In this document: one piece after another, positions 60,876-64,000 of the stretch
How the letters are laid out: each line of letters starts with the position of its first letter
Position numbering within the stretch: the stretch's first letter is position 1
Assembly (NCBI GenBank): GCA_965248205.1
Contig: CBDFIS010000006.1
Coordinates: forward strand, 6,637,997-6,701,996
DNA length: 64,000 nucleotides
Origin: Bryobacterales bacterium
GTDB lineage: Bacteria > Acidobacteriota > Terriglobia > Bryobacterales > UBA6623
Direction of reading: 5' to 3'
Position numbers and translations under genes: made by a program
Notes under the pieces: generated by a model
What the model saw: only the letters and a program-made list of their open reading frames with translations
The model's database searches: none
What the model was told of the DNA's origin: nothing

Positions 60876-61754
60876 TCACCCTATTTTGCGAGCCTGAATA
60901 CCTGCGGAAGACTGTTGAAGAATCTCTACGCTCGAGCTGGAACCGATTCGGGTCGCCCCCGCGATCATCATCGCTTTCATGGCAGCGTACGAACGAATGC
61001 CACCCGCCGCTTCGATGCCCAGTGTCCCACCGACTGTATTAGAAATCAGCGCCACGTCGGAAGGGTCAGGCCCTGCCGGACCAAAGCCGGTGGATGTCTT
61101 GACGAATTCCGCGCCGGCGAGTTTGGCGAGCACGGAGCCTGTGATCGTTTCTTCTTCGCTCAAGGAGCCGGTCTCCAGGATCACCTTGACCAGAACGTCG
61201 GCCTGATGCGCGAGTGCAACGACCGATCGGATGTCCGTGAAAACTAGATCACGGTTTTCGGATCTTAGCGCGCCAACGTTCGTCACGATGTCGATTTCCT
61301 TGGCCCCGAGTTTCATGACTTGCTCGGCCTCTACACACTTCACGGGCGTGACCGTGGCGCCGTGGGGGAAGCCGATCACCGTTGAAACGTCGACCTTGGA
61401 ACCATGAAGCTCCCGTACGGCCCGCGCCACCCAGCTCGGCTGCACGCAAACAGTCCGGAACCCATGGCGATCGGCCTCGGAACAAAGATCCGTGATCTCA
61501 GACTCCGTGGCATCGGGTCTGAGGAGTGTATGATCCATTAGGCCTGCGATGCCCTTCTCAGGCGGAGTCCAATCGATGTCTCCCCAACCGTCGATCCCTG
61601 GCACCGGAGCTGCCCCGGATTTCCCTAGTGGCCCGCAAGCGCACGTAGATGCTTCCGCCAACCGACTCTTCAGCGACGAGTCGCCGAGCTGAGCCAGCAC
61701 CTCGTCACCGATCCGGCGAACCAGGACATCGAGTTCTTGTTGTGTCACCGCCAT
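60876..61754 (-). CDS. deoC: Deoxyribose-phosphate aldolase
   Basis: DHTLLRPDAT, IGFPHG, KVILET, FVKTSTGF and RIGSSS motifs. Confidence 0.9.
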   Translation of the reverse strand: MAVTQQELDVLVRRIGDEVLAQLGDSSLKSRLAEASTCACGPLGKSGAAPVPGIDGWGDIDWTPPEKGIAGLMDHTLLRPDATESEITDLCSEADRHGFRTVCVQPSWVARAVRELHGSKVDVSTVIGFPHGATVTPVKCVEAEQVMKLGAKEIDIVTNVGALRSENRDLVFTDIRSVVALAHQADVLVKVILETGSLSEEETITGSVLAKLAGAEFVKTSTGFGPAGPDPSDVALISNTVGGTLGIEAAGGIRSYAAMKAMMIAGATRIGSSSSVEILQQSSAGIQARKIG

Positions 61755-61829
61755 CGTGTAAGCCAATCCCGCGACGCAAGCTATCTAATCAGAGTACCGT
61801 TTTTGTGGGGAGCAGACCCAGAAGGGCAG

Positions 61830-62010
61830 TGGTGCAGACGGATGACGCGGTTAACCTGCGCCTTCTCGAAGAGCCGGGAGAATCTGCGGGCGGCGCTGGC
61901 CTTGCACTTCGCCTACTACAACTTCTGTCGGATTGATGCCTCGTTGAGGGTGACTCCTGCCATGGAAGCGAATGTAACAGATCACGTTTGGGGCCTCCAG
62001 GAACTAGTTT
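61830..62010 (+). mobile_element. IS1-family transposase C-terminal remnant
   Basis: RRMTRLTCAFSKSRENL..YYNFCR..LRVTPAMEA..DHVW pattern. Confidence 0.8.
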
Positions 62011-62079
62011 CTTACCCACCCTTATTGACCATCGCGATATAAAGAGCGCATAATGGCGGCAAAACACAGGAGGCCCACC

Positions 62080-62448
62080 ATGCAAACCGCTGCACTTCTC
62101 TGCTTGTCCTTCGGTTTATCATTCGCTGCGTCGGCGGCGGAATGTGATTCCGCCATTCAGATCATCGAGGAGAAGGGCCAACTGATCATCAAAAACGTCT
62201 CGGGCAAGCCGATCGTTGCCTACGTCTTCACTAGCGTCAACTCTAAATCACAGGATGGGTCACCGACCCGCACCTTCTCCGGCACATTCGGCGGAGGGGA
62301 TTCGTTAGGACTGGGACAGTCTATGGAAATCGGCAAAGCGGAAATGGCCCCGAAAGAACTATCCGTCGATTACGTCCGATTTGCGGATGGCTGGCGGTGT
62401 GGCGAAGCGCCGCCCGAGGTTCGCAGCAGCGAATCAACCGGGAAGTAG
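62080..62448 (+). CDS. Hypothetical secreted protein
   Basis: AGGAGG RBS, signal peptide, IKNVSGKPIVAY..VDYVRFADG. Confidence 0.7.
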   Translation: MQTAALLCLSFGLSFAASAAECDSAIQIIEEKGQLIIKNVSGKPIVAYVFTSVNSKSQDGSPTRTFSGTFGGGDSLGLGQSMEIGKAEMAPKELSVDYVRFADGWRCGEAPPEVRSSESTGK

Positions 62449-62533
62449 CAATATCCCCATCTCCACACTAAGACCCCACTACCCTAGACGCTCCCTGGGA
62501 CCTAGCCAGCTGCGCCGGCTGTAGAGCCGCCGG

Positions 62534-63595
62534 TTACTCGACCGCCGGCTGTTGCTGGGTGCAGCAGTGAACTGTGCCGAACCCCCAGGCCAGGTCCACG
62601 CTATGGATCCCTACGACCTCGCGGTCGGGAAACAGCTTTTGAAAGGCGTCAAGCGCAACGCGGTCGTTGGGGTCGTTGAAGGTCGGCACCAGGACGAGGC
62701 CGTTGGCGATGTAGAAATTGGCGTAGCTCGCCGGTAAGCGATAGCGGTCGAAATAGAGCGACCGCGGCATGGGGAGCTCGACGACGTCGAGGCGGTTGCC
62801 GTCCTGGTCCGTCGCGGCGCGAAGCCTCTGGAGGTTTCGCCTCAACGGCGCATAGTTTGGGTCGTTACGATCGGGTTCGACGGCGGCAACGACGGTCCGT
62901 GGCCCTACAAATCGCGCAACATCGTCCACGTGGCCTCCCGTATCGTCCCCGGCGATTCCGCTTGCTAGCCATACGACATTGCCGACGTTGAAGTGGCTCG
63001 CCAGTATCTCTTCGACTTGCCGTTTGTTCAGGCCGGGGTTGCGTTGCTGCTTCTTCCCGAGCAGGCACTCTTCGGTCGCAAGGAGTGTTCCACGTCCGTT
63101 GACGTCTACGCTACCTCCTTCGAGAACAACCGGCCGACCCGCTTCCGAAGGGTGCCAAGCGCGAACACCGGCCAATCGTGCGATGTGGTCAGCTACTCTG
63201 ACGTCACGCTTCCAGTTTGAATACCGGCCCCAGCCGTTAAAGAGCCAGCACACCGCCCCAAGCTCTGAGCCGTTGGTGACGAAAATAGGACCGGAGTCCC
63301 GAAGCCAGGAACGGTCAGTCGCGATTCGATGGAATGCCACGCGCGAAAGGTTCACCCTTCCCCGCTCGAGCATCTTGCGGGTACGCTCTTCGTGCTTGCC
63401 GCTTTCAACGATCACGCAAACGCGCTCTCGCCGGCAGAGGTGGCGCACGATTTCGACGTACACCCAGTGAATCGAGGCTAGCTTACCGGGCCAGTCCTCA
63501 CGGTTGTGAGGCCAGGCAATCCAGGTCGCATCGTGCGGTTCCCACTCAGCGGGCATGCGGAAGCCCAGTGCCCGCGGCGTTTGGTCGTCAGGCAT
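62534..63595 (-). CDS. aguA: Agmatine deiminase
   Basis: MPAEWEPH, WLRDSGP, LEGGS, DDTGGHVD and GTVHCCTQQQP motifs. Confidence 0.95.
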   Translation of the reverse strand: MPDDQTPRALGFRMPAEWEPHDATWIAWPHNREDWPGKLASIHWVYVEIVRHLCRRERVCVIVESGKHEERTRKMLERGRVNLSRVAFHRIATDRSWLRDSGPIFVTNGSELGAVCWLFNGWGRYSNWKRDVRVADHIARLAGVRAWHPSEAGRPVVLEGGSVDVNGRGTLLATEECLLGKKQQRNPGLNKRQVEEILASHFNVGNVVWLASGIAGDDTGGHVDDVARFVGPRTVVAAVEPDRNDPNYAPLRRNLQRLRAATDQDGNRLDVVELPMPRSLYFDRYRLPASYANFYIANGLVLVPTFNDPNDRVALDAFQKLFPDREVVGIHSVDLAWGFGTVHCCTQQQPAVE

Positions 63596-63598
63596 GGC

Positions 63599-63764
63599 CT
63601 AGCAGCCCGTGGTAGAAGTGATTCGCCTCAAGAATGGGTACAGTCACCGATTTTCGTCGCCCAGACCAGCCTGGAAACAAGGCAGTTGCGGAAGCGAAAA
63701 TCGTTGACAGTCCCTGACAGTCCCCATTTTTCGCTCCTGCACGACTTCTACCACGGGCTGCTAG
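63599..63764 (+). mobile_element. 166-bp MITE, family B
   Basis: Perfect 21-bp TIR CTAGCAGCCCGTGGTAGAAGT / ACTTCTACCACGGGCTGCTAG. Confidence 0.9.
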
Positions 63765-63853
63765 GCCGACCCTTGGCCTCCTCAGAGAGGTCTTGCGGCG
63801 TTTGATTCCGCGATCAAATGGCATGCCGTGTGAGCTTCACTTAGCAAACCGCG

Positions 63854-64000
63854 CTAGGCTCGTTCGTCGAGAAAGCGATTGCCGATGTCTTGGTAGGCGT
63901 CGATGCGGCGGTCTCTGAGAAACGGCCAGTTGCGGCGCGTCTCCTCGATCAGTCCGAGATCGCATTCGACGATCAGCAGTTCCTCCTGGTCACAGGTAGC
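63854..64000 (-). CDS. aguB: Carbon-nitrogen hydrolase (N-carbamoylputrescine amidase), 3' end only
   Basis: Manual translation gives ...EELLIVECDLGLIEETRRNWPFLRDRRIDAY...*; adjacent to aguA. Confidence 0.82.
   Translation of the reverse strand, partial: ATCDQEELLIVECDLGLIEETRRNWPFLRDRRIDAYQDIGNRFLDERA

Noticed and set aside
57378-64000. lysA with aguA/aguB as a polyamine cluster
   Set aside because: The decarboxylase has standard LysA motifs and is separated from aguAB by unrelated genes.

Overview
GC-rich bacterial chromosomal window, most likely Acidobacteriota (Bryobacterales-like). The taxon is inferred from protein families such as the acidobacterial PilZ-like protein, the DsbA + M28-PA-PDZ pair and the Omp85 gene pair, and is not proven. 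The backbone is mostly housekeeping and metabolic: PQQ dehydrogenase, dsbA, M28 peptidase, mtnP, dapF, aroA, hisS, 2-oxoacid:ferredoxin oxidoreductase, hisZ-like/hisG, acs, acetolactate synthase, ino1, hpnR, lysA, deoC, aguA/aguB and one tRNA-His. It carries two intact IS elements (IS630, IS4), several IS remnants and several families of MITE/REP-like repeats. Highlights: (1) a tRNA-His lacking G-1, with G1:U72 and A73, together with an alphaproteobacterial-type HisRS and a degenerate HisRS paralog beside a short HisG; (2) a five-gene cell-wall cassette (GH19 lysozyme, coiled-coil proteins, YkuD-like enzyme, membrane protein) whose last gene is cut by IS4; (3) a TIR-TM-nonspecific endonuclease fusion; (4) an Omp85 barrel paired with an exported kinase-like protein; (5) two tandem TA modules whose VapC toxins are both deleted. 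All family assignments are by motif recognition only; no searches were run.
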